The notes under the pieces were generated by a model. The model was not told where the DNA came from. It made no database searches and was given only the letters and a program-made list of their open reading frames with translations. From positions 1-50,486 of the forward strand of contig JAEOSZ010000127.1 in assembly GCA_016840095.1 (NCBI GenBank): a stretch of 50,486 nucleotides of DNA, in the 5' to 3' direction. A program made the position numbers and the translations under genes. Shown piece by piece: positions 41,619 to 50,486 of the stretch; within the stretch, counting starts at the first letter, position 1; the number at the start of each line of letters is the position of its first letter. The stretch comes from Candidatus Heimdallarchaeota archaeon. Lineage in GTDB: Archaea; Asgardarchaeota; Heimdallarchaeia; Heimdallarchaeales; Heimdallarchaeaceae.

Positions 41619-42740
41619 TTACCTAGTTGCGTAAATGCTTCCAGTTGTAGCTTCTAAGATAAAGCTTAGTTGTCCCATACCACCTTGGCTTATGGTGTCA
41701 TCTGGAATATCAATGGTTCCTGTTGTTACAAATGAAGTAAACAATGTACCAATATCATTATCAAGATAGAGAATGAGATTGATGTATCCAGTTTCTGTAA
41801 TAATTGTAAAAATGTGGTTAGTTAGAAGACTAACTTGTGTCCAGTACATATCAACTGAACCAGTGGTAGTAATTATATCAAAATTCAGTCCTTCTTTGAA
41901 AAGAACCTCATTCCATACGAAGTCAACACTTCCAGTTGTTACTATTATAGAAAATGTTGAAACATTCAGAAGAACACCATCAGCAAGAGTAACATCAATA
42001 CTTCCTGTAGTGATATCAACTAAGAAATTTGAAGAATTCAAAACAGTATTTTGATGAAATTCAATGTAAACACTACCTGTTGTAGCTGTTATATTGAAGT
42101 ATTCGAGATCAAGATAATTATTTACTCCACATGAAAATGAAACTGAACCAGTGGTTGTAGAAATTAATCCATTACCAGTGATTAAGTTGGAATCAGCAAA
42201 GCCAACATAGATCGAACCTGTTGTACAGGTAATTGATTCAATTGTAACATTAGTATTAGCATGTTCTGTTACAACATCTATACTTCCAGTTGTGACATCT
42301 AGATCTAAGAACAGATTAGCTCGATAATCTATTATCATATAGATGTCATGAATAAAACGATAATCTATTACACCAGGATTTGCTTCAATATATTCTACAA
42401 AATAGGTTCCATTTGGACCTTCAGTTACATTCCAATAGTTTGCATCGTCAGGATACTGTTCCTCTAAACCTTTGGGTCCTTTAACAGTATTCTCAATTTC
42501 TATTAGAGTATCACCATCTAATACATCTGATATCAAAAACAGACTTGCTGTTGTACCATCAAAATCAACATAAACATCAGGATTATTATATTCTGTTGGA
42601 AACTCCTCGTAAGTTTCAAGAGTACCATAGGTAATTTGATGAATTCCAGTATAATCAACGATTAACCATATACCAAGACCTGTACCAGCTAATATTAGTG
42701 CTCCACCTACGAGAAAACCAATCAAGTTACTCGTTCTCAT
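41619..42740 (-). CDS. Membrane-anchored beta-repeat (DUF4097/adhesin-like) protein
   Basis: N-terminal TM; ten T(T/E)TG(S/T/Y)(I/V)-type repeats, mostly 25-30 aa apart. Confidence 0.72.
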   Translation of the reverse strand: MRTSNLIGFLVGGALILAGTGLGIWLIVDYTGIHQITYGTLETYEEFPTEYNNPDVYVDFDGTTASLFLISDVLDGDTLIEIENTVKGPKGLEEQYPDDANYWNVTEGPNGTYFVEYIEANPGVIDYRFIHDIYMIIDYRANLFLDLDVTTGSIDVVTEHANTNVTIESITCTTGSIYVGFADSNLITGNGLISTTTGSVSFSCGVNNYLDLEYFNITATTGSVYIEFHQNTVLNSSNFLVDITTGSIDVTLADGVLLNVSTFSIIVTTGSVDFVWNEVLFKEGLNFDIITTTGSVDMYWTQVSLLTNHIFTIITETGYINLILYLDNDIGTLFTSFVTTGTIDIPDDTISQGGMGQLSFILEATTGSIYATR

Positions 42741-42823
42741 AAAGTGTCTAGGTTAAAGTTACTATAAAAAACTAACCAAATCCAAAACGGTCAATTATTT
42801 GATATATGGTAGTTTGGGGGCAT

Positions 42824-44572
42824 CTAAGTCAAAGATTCAACCCAAAGCGGTCCAATAGCAGTTATTCTGCCCCCAGCACCAATTATTCTAATGAAATAGT
42901 AATCTATACCATTAGTATTCAAAGATAATTGATCAACAGGAGTGTGAGATTTTCCATTGATATAATACTCTCCATCAATTTCTATGCAATTGTTATATGA
43001 AGTGCCAGTAACTGTTTCATTATCATACAATGTCAGCTGTGCAACTGGAACATTAACTTGATGTTCTTCCCATAAGAATCCATTTTTAAAAATTTGAACA
43101 GTCGTACTCCAATCTGGATTGCCGTTCCAATGTTTAGCTGCTTGTAGAAAAGCTGCCGGAGGTGATCCATCTTGTGCGATAAAGATTTTCAATTCTCTCA
43201 AACTTGTAGAATTTGCCACTAATATTGTTGAATAATCTTCCCCTACACCTACACCATTTATTTTGAAGGTAACATAGGGTCTACCAAAATCAGAATTTGC
43301 AATTACCCTTCTATAATAGAGGGCATTGAAAACACTTTCTCTGGTTAAACTTGAAACAAACGCACCTGTTAAACCGCTAGGATAAGTGTGCGATACCCTT
43401 GAAAGAATAAACGTTGGAGGATATTGGTGACCTATGAAAGCTTTTGTATGGGAGAGAGAATGTCCAGGAAATCCATCATGCGAATCACCATTTGCTACAA
43501 GACCTAATCTTAGTCCCATCATCAAAGCTTCATTTATTGAGCTTCCATTAATTCTGTAAGGTGGTTGCCCAATTTCACCAGTAATATTCCATTCAGAATA
43601 AGGATTTACTAAACTACTACCATGAACAGAAAAAACTTCACCAAGTCGAACATACTTAGTATAATCTGAACAAGCAGGCCAATCTTGAATGTATTTCATT
43701 GAAACAGTATGATGAGGTAAAGCAAGAGATCTACAGGTATACTCTGATGTGAAACGATCTAATTCGTTCCAAAGCATTGTTGGATTCCTCTGAATATCTG
43801 CACTTATCCTAGCTAGTTTGTTTCCAGTAAAAATACAAGTATAATGACCCCAACTTGTTAACGATACATGTGGAGCTGTTCCACTTGTCCATTCGACTCC
43901 TTGAAAAGCAATGAAATTCCCTGGATCATTAGCTCTGTTTGCTGCTCTTTCGATTGCATCAAATCCTCCGTTAAGGTGCAAAAATTCACCATGATCTGTT
44001 ACAGAACAAAAATCAAGACATGCAATATACCTTGCGTAATTATAGAGTTCCCTTGGTAAACCTCCTCCGTCAGATAGAAGTGAATGAGAGTGAATATCCC
44101 CCCAGACAAGTTTCGTTGGATTATCATCTACCATAATAGGATTGCTCCAAAATATGTTTCCTGATGTAGTGTCAGTTGCTAAAACATAATGAAATCCCTT
44201 AGTTGATATAGAGAAATCCAATCTCTGAATTCCAGTATTCACTCTATCAAAAGAATAGCTAGAAGGGATACTTGAGATTACATTAGATTCTAAGATAAGC
44301 TGAAAATCACTCATATTATAAGACAAAAGATTAAACTCAACTCTTCCCTTGTAATGAAAACTTATCCTTTCAAATTTGTCCCACACCTCAATAACCATCT
44401 CATTTACTTCACCTGGTTCAGCAGTAGATGGAAGGTGAACCCAAAACATGTTTGGTTTGTTAACGAAGAGAACTTCTAGATCATGATTTACAGCACCCCA
44501 GATAACGAAAGGAGTTATCGTATAAAGAATCATACAAGCCTTCAAGATTCTTTTGATTTTTTTCTTGTCCAT
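42824..44572 (-). CDS. Membrane-anchored PHP-type metallohydrolase (DUF3604/CehA-McbA-like)
   Basis: WGDIHSHSLLSDG, LDFCSVTDH, GVEWT, PHH, EVFSVHG, NGDSHDG. Confidence 0.8.
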   Translation of the reverse strand: MDKKKIKRILKACMILYTITPFVIWGAVNHDLEVLFVNKPNMFWVHLPSTAEPGEVNEMVIEVWDKFERISFHYKGRVEFNLLSYNMSDFQLILESNVISSIPSSYSFDRVNTGIQRLDFSISTKGFHYVLATDTTSGNIFWSNPIMVDDNPTKLVWGDIHSHSLLSDGGGLPRELYNYARYIACLDFCSVTDHGEFLHLNGGFDAIERAANRANDPGNFIAFQGVEWTSGTAPHVSLTSWGHYTCIFTGNKLARISADIQRNPTMLWNELDRFTSEYTCRSLALPHHTVSMKYIQDWPACSDYTKYVRLGEVFSVHGSSLVNPYSEWNITGEIGQPPYRINGSSINEALMMGLRLGLVANGDSHDGFPGHSLSHTKAFIGHQYPPTFILSRVSHTYPSGLTGAFVSSLTRESVFNALYYRRVIANSDFGRPYVTFKINGVGVGEDYSTILVANSTSLRELKIFIAQDGSPPAAFLQAAKHWNGNPDWSTTVQIFKNGFLWEEHQVNVPVAQLTLYDNETVTGTSYNNCIEIDGEYYINGKSHTPVDQLSLNTNGIDYYFIRIIGAGGRITAIGPLWVESLT

Positions 44573-44576
44573 TATT

Positions 44577-45059
44577 TTACCTCCAGTAGATAAAGTAAGT
44601 AACCAGTTGCATTACCAAACACAAACTAACCGCTACAAATCCTAAAATCTTCCAAACTCTAGTTTTGCTTAACCAAAATAGAAGCGATGCAGAAATTATG
44701 GCGACTATATTAACATAGAATAAAGATGCATCCAGTATTGTGATTATCAACAACAAAGAGAAAAATACTTTGTGTTTAACAGATATTTCGTCAGTTCTGA
44801 ATGGATTTCTCTTCGTTACTACCCATTCGATTAGAAGTAATGAGATACTTATTGAAAATGCTAAAGCTAGAATTATCATTACAAGTTGTATTAAAATTAC
44901 AGGTATCTTCTCAATCCTAATGAGATAGAGGAAATTACTCAACCCAGCAAATATAAACATAAATCCAAGAATGAAGCCTACAGAGCTTATTAGAAGAAAT
45001 AAAGTGCCAATTCCAGTATTCTTCCAAGACAAATTATCTTTGAGGAATTTAACACTCAT
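44577..45059 (-). CDS. Multi-pass membrane protein, unknown function
   Basis: 4-5 hydrophobic segments; 4-nt gap to the hydrolase gene. Confidence 0.7.
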   Translation of the reverse strand: MSVKFLKDNLSWKNTGIGTLFLLISSVGFILGFMFIFAGLSNFLYLIRIEKIPVILIQLVMIILALAFSISISLLLIEWVVTKRNPFRTDEISVKHKVFFSLLLIITILDASLFYVNIVAIISASLLFWLSKTRVWKILGFVAVSLCLVMQLVTYFIYWR

Positions 45060-45313
45060 TTTATCTACCTACTTACGAAAGGTCTTCCATATAATAAGGA
45101 TTCAAAATTAAAAAACATTCTGGAGTCACTTTTTTTGATTAAAATGCAGAAAAATTATCTTGAATCGTTAAAAGAGAAGAAGATTAAATTTGAAACTTTA
45201 AGTTTCCGAAAAACTTGTTTATTTGTTTATATATCTGTAGGAATAATTACACCACTTTAGAAAATACATTGATTTTATATATAAGAAGCTAATAATCAAT
45301 ATTCGGTGACATT

Positions 45314-45844
45314 ATGTCCGAGAAACAAGATGGCTTTATTGCCAATTTATTCGATGCTTATAAACAAGCATTTGTGCTATTAATAATGATAATAGTCTAT
45401 ACAATTATTCCACTAGGAATAGCATTTTTAGGCTTTTATTTGGCTTACGGATTCGATTACACTACATTTCTTTCAGATGTTATGGTAATCATTGCTGATC
45501 CAATGAGTATTATATCAGGAACTCTTCATTATGGTTACTACTTCATACTAGTAGGATTAGTTCTTGCAATGGTTAATTTTGGGGCTGCATTCCTATTTAC
45601 TGCTTCCAGAAATGACAGAATTAATAAACCACTGAAGTTATTCCAAGCTCTTATAGCAACATGGAAGATACTATTCACATTTGCAATTATAATTGCTGTT
45701 TTCGTAGGACTCTACTTTGGATTAGCATTCCTTGCTATACCAATACTAAATACTGTCTTATACATTGTAGCTTTAGTTGTTGCAGGTTTATCAGTACTTG
45801 CAATGATATTCAGAGTTATAGACTACTTATTAGAATTAGAGTAG
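45314..45844 (+). CDS. Four-TM membrane protein, unknown function
   Basis: GGTGA SD; four hydrophobic segments. Confidence 0.72.
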   Translation: MSEKQDGFIANLFDAYKQAFVLLIMIIVYTIIPLGIAFLGFYLAYGFDYTTFLSDVMVIIADPMSIISGTLHYGYYFILVGLVLAMVNFGAAFLFTASRNDRINKPLKLFQALIATWKILFTFAIIIAVFVGLYFGLAFLAIPILNTVLYIVALVVAGLSVLAMIFRVIDYLLELE

Positions 45845-45899
45845 ACAAAAAACTACTCTTATTTTATTCTTTTTTTTCAAAAAGATTGATTTAAGGTTT

Positions 45900-46421
45900 T
45901 TAACTTCGTTTTACAAAAGTAACCTTCTCTATTTCAGTTTCACACTTGGGACAATTATAGTTTTCTGCGGTCCAACTTGCTAGATGAGAACGATGGAATT
46001 CATGCATACAAGGTTCTATGATTGCTCTTTCTTGTTTATCTTGAATGGCTTCTTTACATATAAAACAAATAAGCTCTTCTGCGGCTTCAACTATTTCTTC
46101 TTGTTGAAATATCACTCGAGGTTTTTTCTTATCTTGTCTTCTATATATGAATCCTAAAAATGAAATCACAAATCCTGGTATAGGTCCAAAAATCAGAGCA
46201 ACACTTACTGTAATATAAATTGCTGGATGAACTCCTGTAAAATAAAACACGCAGATTAAGCCTGCAAAAAATGCTCCAAAAATTGTTGATAGGAGTAATA
46301 GAAGTTTAGCTGAACTTGAAGCATAACATCTGAAAGTACAATATGCTGTAGTCTTAAATGTCCAGTAAACACTAACAGGACTCCTGCCGCATGAAGTACA
46401 TTTTCTGCTTTTCAAGTTCAT
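45900..46421 (-). CDS. Zinc finger - two TM - RING-H2-like protein (putative membrane E3 ligase)
   Basis: N-terminal CTSC...YCTFRC, two TMs, C-terminal CFIC...CMHEFHRSHLASW...CPKC. True start ATG 46421; the longer ORF overlaps the permease gene. Confidence 0.8.
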   Translation of the reverse strand: MNLKSRKCTSCGRSPVSVYWTFKTTAYCTFRCYASSSAKLLLLLSTIFGAFFAGLICVFYFTGVHPAIYITVSVALIFGPIPGFVISFLGFIYRRQDKKKPRVIFQQEEIVEAAEELICFICKEAIQDKQERAIIEPCMHEFHRSHLASWTAENYNCPKCETEIEKVTFVKRS

Positions 46422-46510
46422 ATGCTTAAGAATATTAGGTGTATATAAGTTTTTTAATATTGTTGGTATGAAAAACTTCAAACACCTTATTGAAAAAGAA
46501 GAAAAGAGTT

Positions 46511-47176
46511 TTAGAACTGTTTCTTTTGAAATACGAAGATACCTGCTGCTAAAATCACCACAGTAACTGCAAAACCAATACCCAAAGCGAACCACAACGG
46601 ATCTATGCCTGGAGCAAGTACTCCCGGAAGAATTGCAACAAGTGATAACTGTTGCCCAAGATAAATAGATAGGATAACTGCTAAAGCAACTGATTTTACA
46701 ATAAGACCAAGGAATAATCCTGCTGCACAAGCAATAGACATAGCAGCTATTGCCATTATAATTGATTCAAATACAAAACGGAGAAAAATCCCAGCTGGAA
46801 CAATTCCTCTAATTGCATCCACAATTAAACCTGCAGCAAAACTTAGAAACACTGCGATTATCAAAGAAATCATTACAGCTATATACTTTGAAACAAGAAT
46901 TTGCCATTTTTTGACTGGACGTATTAGATATAAATCATATACATTTGCACCTAGTTCATTTACCATAGTACTGCTCAGAATAACAGCTGCAAGTAACCCT
47001 CCAATACTGGCTACAAATAAACCAGTTAAAAGTGAAATAGGAAAATCTCCAGTAGCTGGCTGAAGAAAGTGCATAATTATAGAAACTACAGGTAGTCCTA
47101 TCCACAGAGCAATAATAATCTTCGATTTGGCAAATCCTTTGAACTCATCCCATAATAGTAATAAAAGACTGTTCAT
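46511..47176 (-). CDS. ABC-2 type permease
   Basis: Six TMs; LYLIRPVKKWQILVSKY; C-terminal FQKKQF. Confidence 0.88.
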   Translation of the reverse strand: MNSLLLLLWDEFKGFAKSKIIIALWIGLPVVSIIMHFLQPATGDFPISLLTGLFVASIGGLLAAVILSSTMVNELGANVYDLYLIRPVKKWQILVSKYIAVMISLIIAVFLSFAAGLIVDAIRGIVPAGIFLRFVFESIIMAIAAMSIACAAGLFLGLIVKSVALAVILSIYLGQQLSLVAILPGVLAPGIDPLWFALGIGFAVTVVILAAGIFVFQKKQF

Positions 47177-48147
47177 GCAGAATCACCCTCCATTACATAT
47201 TTTAGATAAACTTGTTCAAGAGAAGGCCTAACATAGTTAAAATTGCTTAGAACTATCTCATTACTTGAGAAGAAATCCATTAGCTGCAATAAACAATCAT
47301 CAAGATTTAATTCAGGATGTAAAACAATTGAAAGAACATTTGAATCATCAGGATTTACATTTACTTCTAGGACTATTTTCAGATCTTGAATAATATCAGC
47401 TTTCTTTGCAAGATTCGTTCCAACAACATTGACAACATTCCCTCCTGTTAACTCTTCTTGCAAATCTTGAGGATTGCCAACCTTTACAATTTGACCATGG
47501 TTAATAATACCTATATCTGTAGCAATCCCCTCCACATCTTCTAAGATATGAGAAGAAAATAGAATGGAAACATCTGTTTGTGAAAGAGATCTTATTGTTT
47601 TCTTAAGTTGCCAACGACTTGTGGGGTCTAGTCCACTTAGGGGCTCATCGAGCACTAGAATAGGAGGATTATGAAGAATAGCTTGAGCTAGTTTAAGTTT
47701 CTGCTTCATACCACCTGAAAGATGCTTTATCTTTCTCTTTCTAGCATCAGAGAGATCAACAAGTTCTAGAACCTCTGGAATTCTAGCATCTAGGTCTTCT
47801 CTCTTCATTCCAGATAGAAGACCAAATGTTATTAAGGCATGTTCTACAGTTCTCCACTCTTGGAAACCAACATCTTGTGGAAGATAACCAATTAAACGGT
47901 TAATGTTAGGATTCTCTTTATGCGTAAAGCCATTGACTTTTACCTCACCTGTATGATTAGTTATTAACCCTACAAGAATTTTTAATGTGGTAGATTTTCC
48001 GGCCCCATTAGGACCAATGTATCCAAAAATATCTCCTTTGGATATAGTGAAAGAAGCATCTCTTAAAGCTTTAATTTCTCTATAATTCTTTGAAACATTT
48101 CTAAATTCAATCACTGGTTCAGATTTCTCTCTAGACATTACTAGCAC
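47173..48147 (-). CDS. ABC-2 exporter ATP-binding protein
   Basis: GPNGAGKST, LSGGMKQK, LDEPLSGLDP, SSH, SLEQVYL. Confidence 0.93.
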   Translation of the reverse strand: MLVMSREKSEPVIEFRNVSKNYREIKALRDASFTISKGDIFGYIGPNGAGKSTTLKILVGLITNHTGEVKVNGFTHKENPNINRLIGYLPQDVGFQEWRTVEHALITFGLLSGMKREDLDARIPEVLELVDLSDARKRKIKHLSGGMKQKLKLAQAILHNPPILVLDEPLSGLDPTSRWQLKKTIRSLSQTDVSILFSSHILEDVEGIATDIGIINHGQIVKVGNPQDLQEELTGGNVVNVVGTNLAKKADIIQDLKIVLEVNVNPDDSNVLSIVLHPELNLDDCLLQLMDFFSSNEIVLSNFNYVRPSLEQVYLKYVMEGDSA

Positions 48148-48251
48148 CTATTTTCAAGGTTCAGTTAATCTATAAAAAGAATTGTAAATACAAATCTAGT
48201 TTTCTTGATTTGTTACATAATATTTATTATTCTTGTTGAAAAGAACTGCAT

Positions 48252-50330
48252 GTGACTTCAAAAGATGTTTTAGAAGAAAAAGTGAACTATCTGTTAGATG
48301 AGCTTACGCTTGAAGAAAAATTCAAGCTCATGGTGGGATATTTTAGATTCCAAACTAATACAATACCCAGATTAGGTATTAAAACTTTCAAGATGACTGA
48401 TGGTCCTCTTGGAATTGCACAACATTCAAGTTTTCTTAGAAAAAACACTTATTTTCCTGCAGGTGTTAATCTAGCTGCATCATGGAATAGAGAACTTGCT
48501 AAGAAATGTGGTGAAGCAATAGGGAGAGAAGCTAGAGCAATTAATCGATTGTGTGTTTTAGGTCCTGGAATTAATATAGGTAGAACACCTTTCAATGGAC
48601 GAACTTTTGAATATTATAGTGAGGATCCATATTTGAATAAGGAAATTGCTATTCCATTTGTTAAAGGAATTCAAAGTCAAAGAGTAGCAGCATGTCCAAA
48701 ACATTATGTGGCAAATAACCAAGAAACTAACAGACTTATTGTTAGTTCAGAAATTGATGAAAGAACTTTACATGAAACCTATATGAGATCATTCAAAGAA
48801 GTTGTCGAACAAGCTGATCCTTGGACTATTATGACTTCATATAATAGAGTAAATTCAGAATATGTGCATGGAAGTTTGAAGCTTTTGAAATCTACACTTT
48901 TTGAGAAGTGGAGCTTTAATGGATTTGTAATGACTGATTGGTGGGCCACTAGACCTAGGGATATAGAGAAAGGCGAACCACACCAACCCACAACAGAAGA
49001 AGCAGTCAAAGCAGGACTTACAATTGAAATGCCTGTACCTTTTCTATATGAAAGAATTGAACTCGAAAAAGCTTACAAAGAAGGAAAAATCACACTTGAA
49101 GATATAGATGAACTGATTAGAAGACTGCTAAGAATCTACTTTAATGTTGGTATGTTTGAAGATAAAAGAAATCTTCCAACAGGAGAACGTAATACCAAAA
49201 AACATCAAAATCTTGCAAGAAAAATGGCTGAAGAAGGAATCACTCTTATAAAGAATAAGAATAACCTTCTACCTTTAGATATATCAAAAGTAAAGAGGAT
49301 TGCTGTTTTAGGACCAAATTTAAAGAAGAAATTCGGAAAGTTTTTGAGTGGAGGAGCAGCAGCTGTTGCACCTCCATATGAAATTACACCTCTGAAAGGA
49401 TTAAAAGAAAAATGTAAGGGAAAAGTGAAAATTGTTAAAAATCCCTCAAAAGCAGATGTAACACTTTTGTTTATGGGACTCAATCACGATTCCCCAGCTA
49501 AACTACTTTCAGATAAAGTTAGAAAGGAAGAAAAAATAGAATATGGATGGGAATCAGAAACAGTTGATCGAAAAGAACTAGGTCTAAATTCCCTACAAGT
49601 AAATATGATAAAAGAAACGGTTAAAGCTAATCCTAATACAATTGTAGTACTGAATAATGCAAATCCAGTTTCAATGACAGGATGGTTAAATAGAGTTCCT
49701 GCAATCTTATTAGCTTGGTATCCAGGAATGGAAGGTGGAAGAGCAATTGCTAATATACTTTTTGGGGATGTGAATCCATCAGGAAAGATACCTATGACCT
49801 TCCCAAAGAAAATTAAAGATTCTCCAGCACATAAATCACAGAAAACATTTCCTGGTAAAAACTTTCAAGTATTTTATGAAGAAGGTATTTATGTTGGATA
49901 TAGATATTTTGAGAAAAATGAAATCAAACCATTGTTTCCATTTGGTTTTGGACTATCCTATACAACCTTCAAATTCAATGAAGTTATGTTGAATAAAACA
50001 GAATTAAAGTCACTGGATGATACTTTGGAGTTATCTATATCAATTACAAATACAGGAGACAGAGCTGGAAGTGAAGTAGTTCAAGTTTATTCAGAAGATG
50101 TGAAATCCTCAGTAGACAGACCTGTTAAAGAATTGGTTGGTTTTGAAAAAGTATTTCTAGAGAAAGCAGAGACAAAAGCTGTAAATGTTATTGTTAATGC
50201 TAGAGATTTGGCTTTCTACGATATAAAAACTAGTGATTGGAAAATAGAATCAGGAGATTTCATTCTCCATATTGGAAACTCATTAGAATCAATTTATCTC
50301 AAAAGAAAAATCACTTACAAACCTGGATAA
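48252..50330 (+). CDS. Beta-glucosidase, glycoside hydrolase family 3 with Fn3-like domain
   Basis: LTLEEK, TDGP, GRTFEYYSEDP, KHYVAN, MTSYN, MTDW (nucleophile), NPSGKIP, FPFGFGLSYT, EVVQVY. Confidence 0.95.
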   Translation: MTSKDVLEEKVNYLLDELTLEEKFKLMVGYFRFQTNTIPRLGIKTFKMTDGPLGIAQHSSFLRKNTYFPAGVNLAASWNRELAKKCGEAIGREARAINRLCVLGPGINIGRTPFNGRTFEYYSEDPYLNKEIAIPFVKGIQSQRVAACPKHYVANNQETNRLIVSSEIDERTLHETYMRSFKEVVEQADPWTIMTSYNRVNSEYVHGSLKLLKSTLFEKWSFNGFVMTDWWATRPRDIEKGEPHQPTTEEAVKAGLTIEMPVPFLYERIELEKAYKEGKITLEDIDELIRRLLRIYFNVGMFEDKRNLPTGERNTKKHQNLARKMAEEGITLIKNKNNLLPLDISKVKRIAVLGPNLKKKFGKFLSGGAAAVAPPYEITPLKGLKEKCKGKVKIVKNPSKADVTLLFMGLNHDSPAKLLSDKVRKEEKIEYGWESETVDRKELGLNSLQVNMIKETVKANPNTIVVLNNANPVSMTGWLNRVPAILLAWYPGMEGGRAIANILFGDVNPSGKIPMTFPKKIKDSPAHKSQKTFPGKNFQVFYEEGIYVGYRYFEKNEIKPLFPFGFGLSYTTFKFNEVMLNKTELKSLDDTLELSISITNTGDRAGSEVVQVYSEDVKSSVDRPVKELVGFEKVFLEKAETKAVNVIVNARDLAFYDIKTSDWKIESGDFILHIGNSLESIYLKRKITYKPG

Positions 50331-50417
50331 TTTCATACCAAAGAAGGAGAACTTATAAGATTGTGAAATTGGTTGAATGGATAGTTTTTTTAAAATATTA
50401 ACAAAAATCCAATAACG

Positions 50418-50486
50418 ATGAAATCATTTCAGGTTATAGACACCTTGTTCTTTGATATGGATGGTACTCTCACAGATCTAGGTAAA
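50418..50486 (+). CDS. HAD-superfamily hydrolase, 5' part (truncated by window end)
   Basis: Manual translation MKSFQVIDTLFFDMDGTLTDLGK contains HAD motif I DxDGT. Confidence 0.75.
   Translation, partial: MKSFQVIDTLFFDMDGTLTDLGK

Noticed and set aside
46422-46730. Cys-rich N-terminal extension of the RING ORF
   Set aside because: It is largely an alternative frame of the ABC-2 permease 3' end; the real protein likely starts at ATG 46421.

Overview
AT-rich, gene-dense archaeal chromosomal window, most consistent with an Asgard archaeon (Heimdallarchaeia-like). This is inferred from GGTGA-type Shine-Dalgarno motifs, TATA-like promoters, archaeal informational genes (TFS/RpoM-like, Rqc2/NEMF, AMMECR1, Hef-like helicase) and eukaryote-signature-like proteins (Rab-like GTPase, membrane-anchored RING-H2 protein, Rab5IF/OPTI-EMC6-like membrane protein). 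The left third holds RNA/ribosome quality-control and membrane genes. The middle has a split Dpp/Opp peptide ABC system, a tandem pair of coiled-coil/winged-helix paralogues, and gdhA convergent with a receiver-domain/ATP-grasp/His-swivel dikinase-like protein. The right third is heterotrophic accessory metabolism (MFS sugar transporter, Fe-S/3-beta-HSD-like operon, FAD oxidoreductase, GH2, GH3, PHP hydrolase, ABC-2 exporter). I found no rRNA, tRNA, CRISPR array or intact mobile element. Best candidates for undescribed systems are the REC-dikinase/gdhA pair, the coiled-coil-wHTH pair and the coiled-coil + Rab operon. The ORF track misses an ATT-initiated N-terminal zinc-ribbon extension, a 38-codon uvrA remnant and a partial HAD gene. 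All family calls come from motif recognition by eye; no database search was run.
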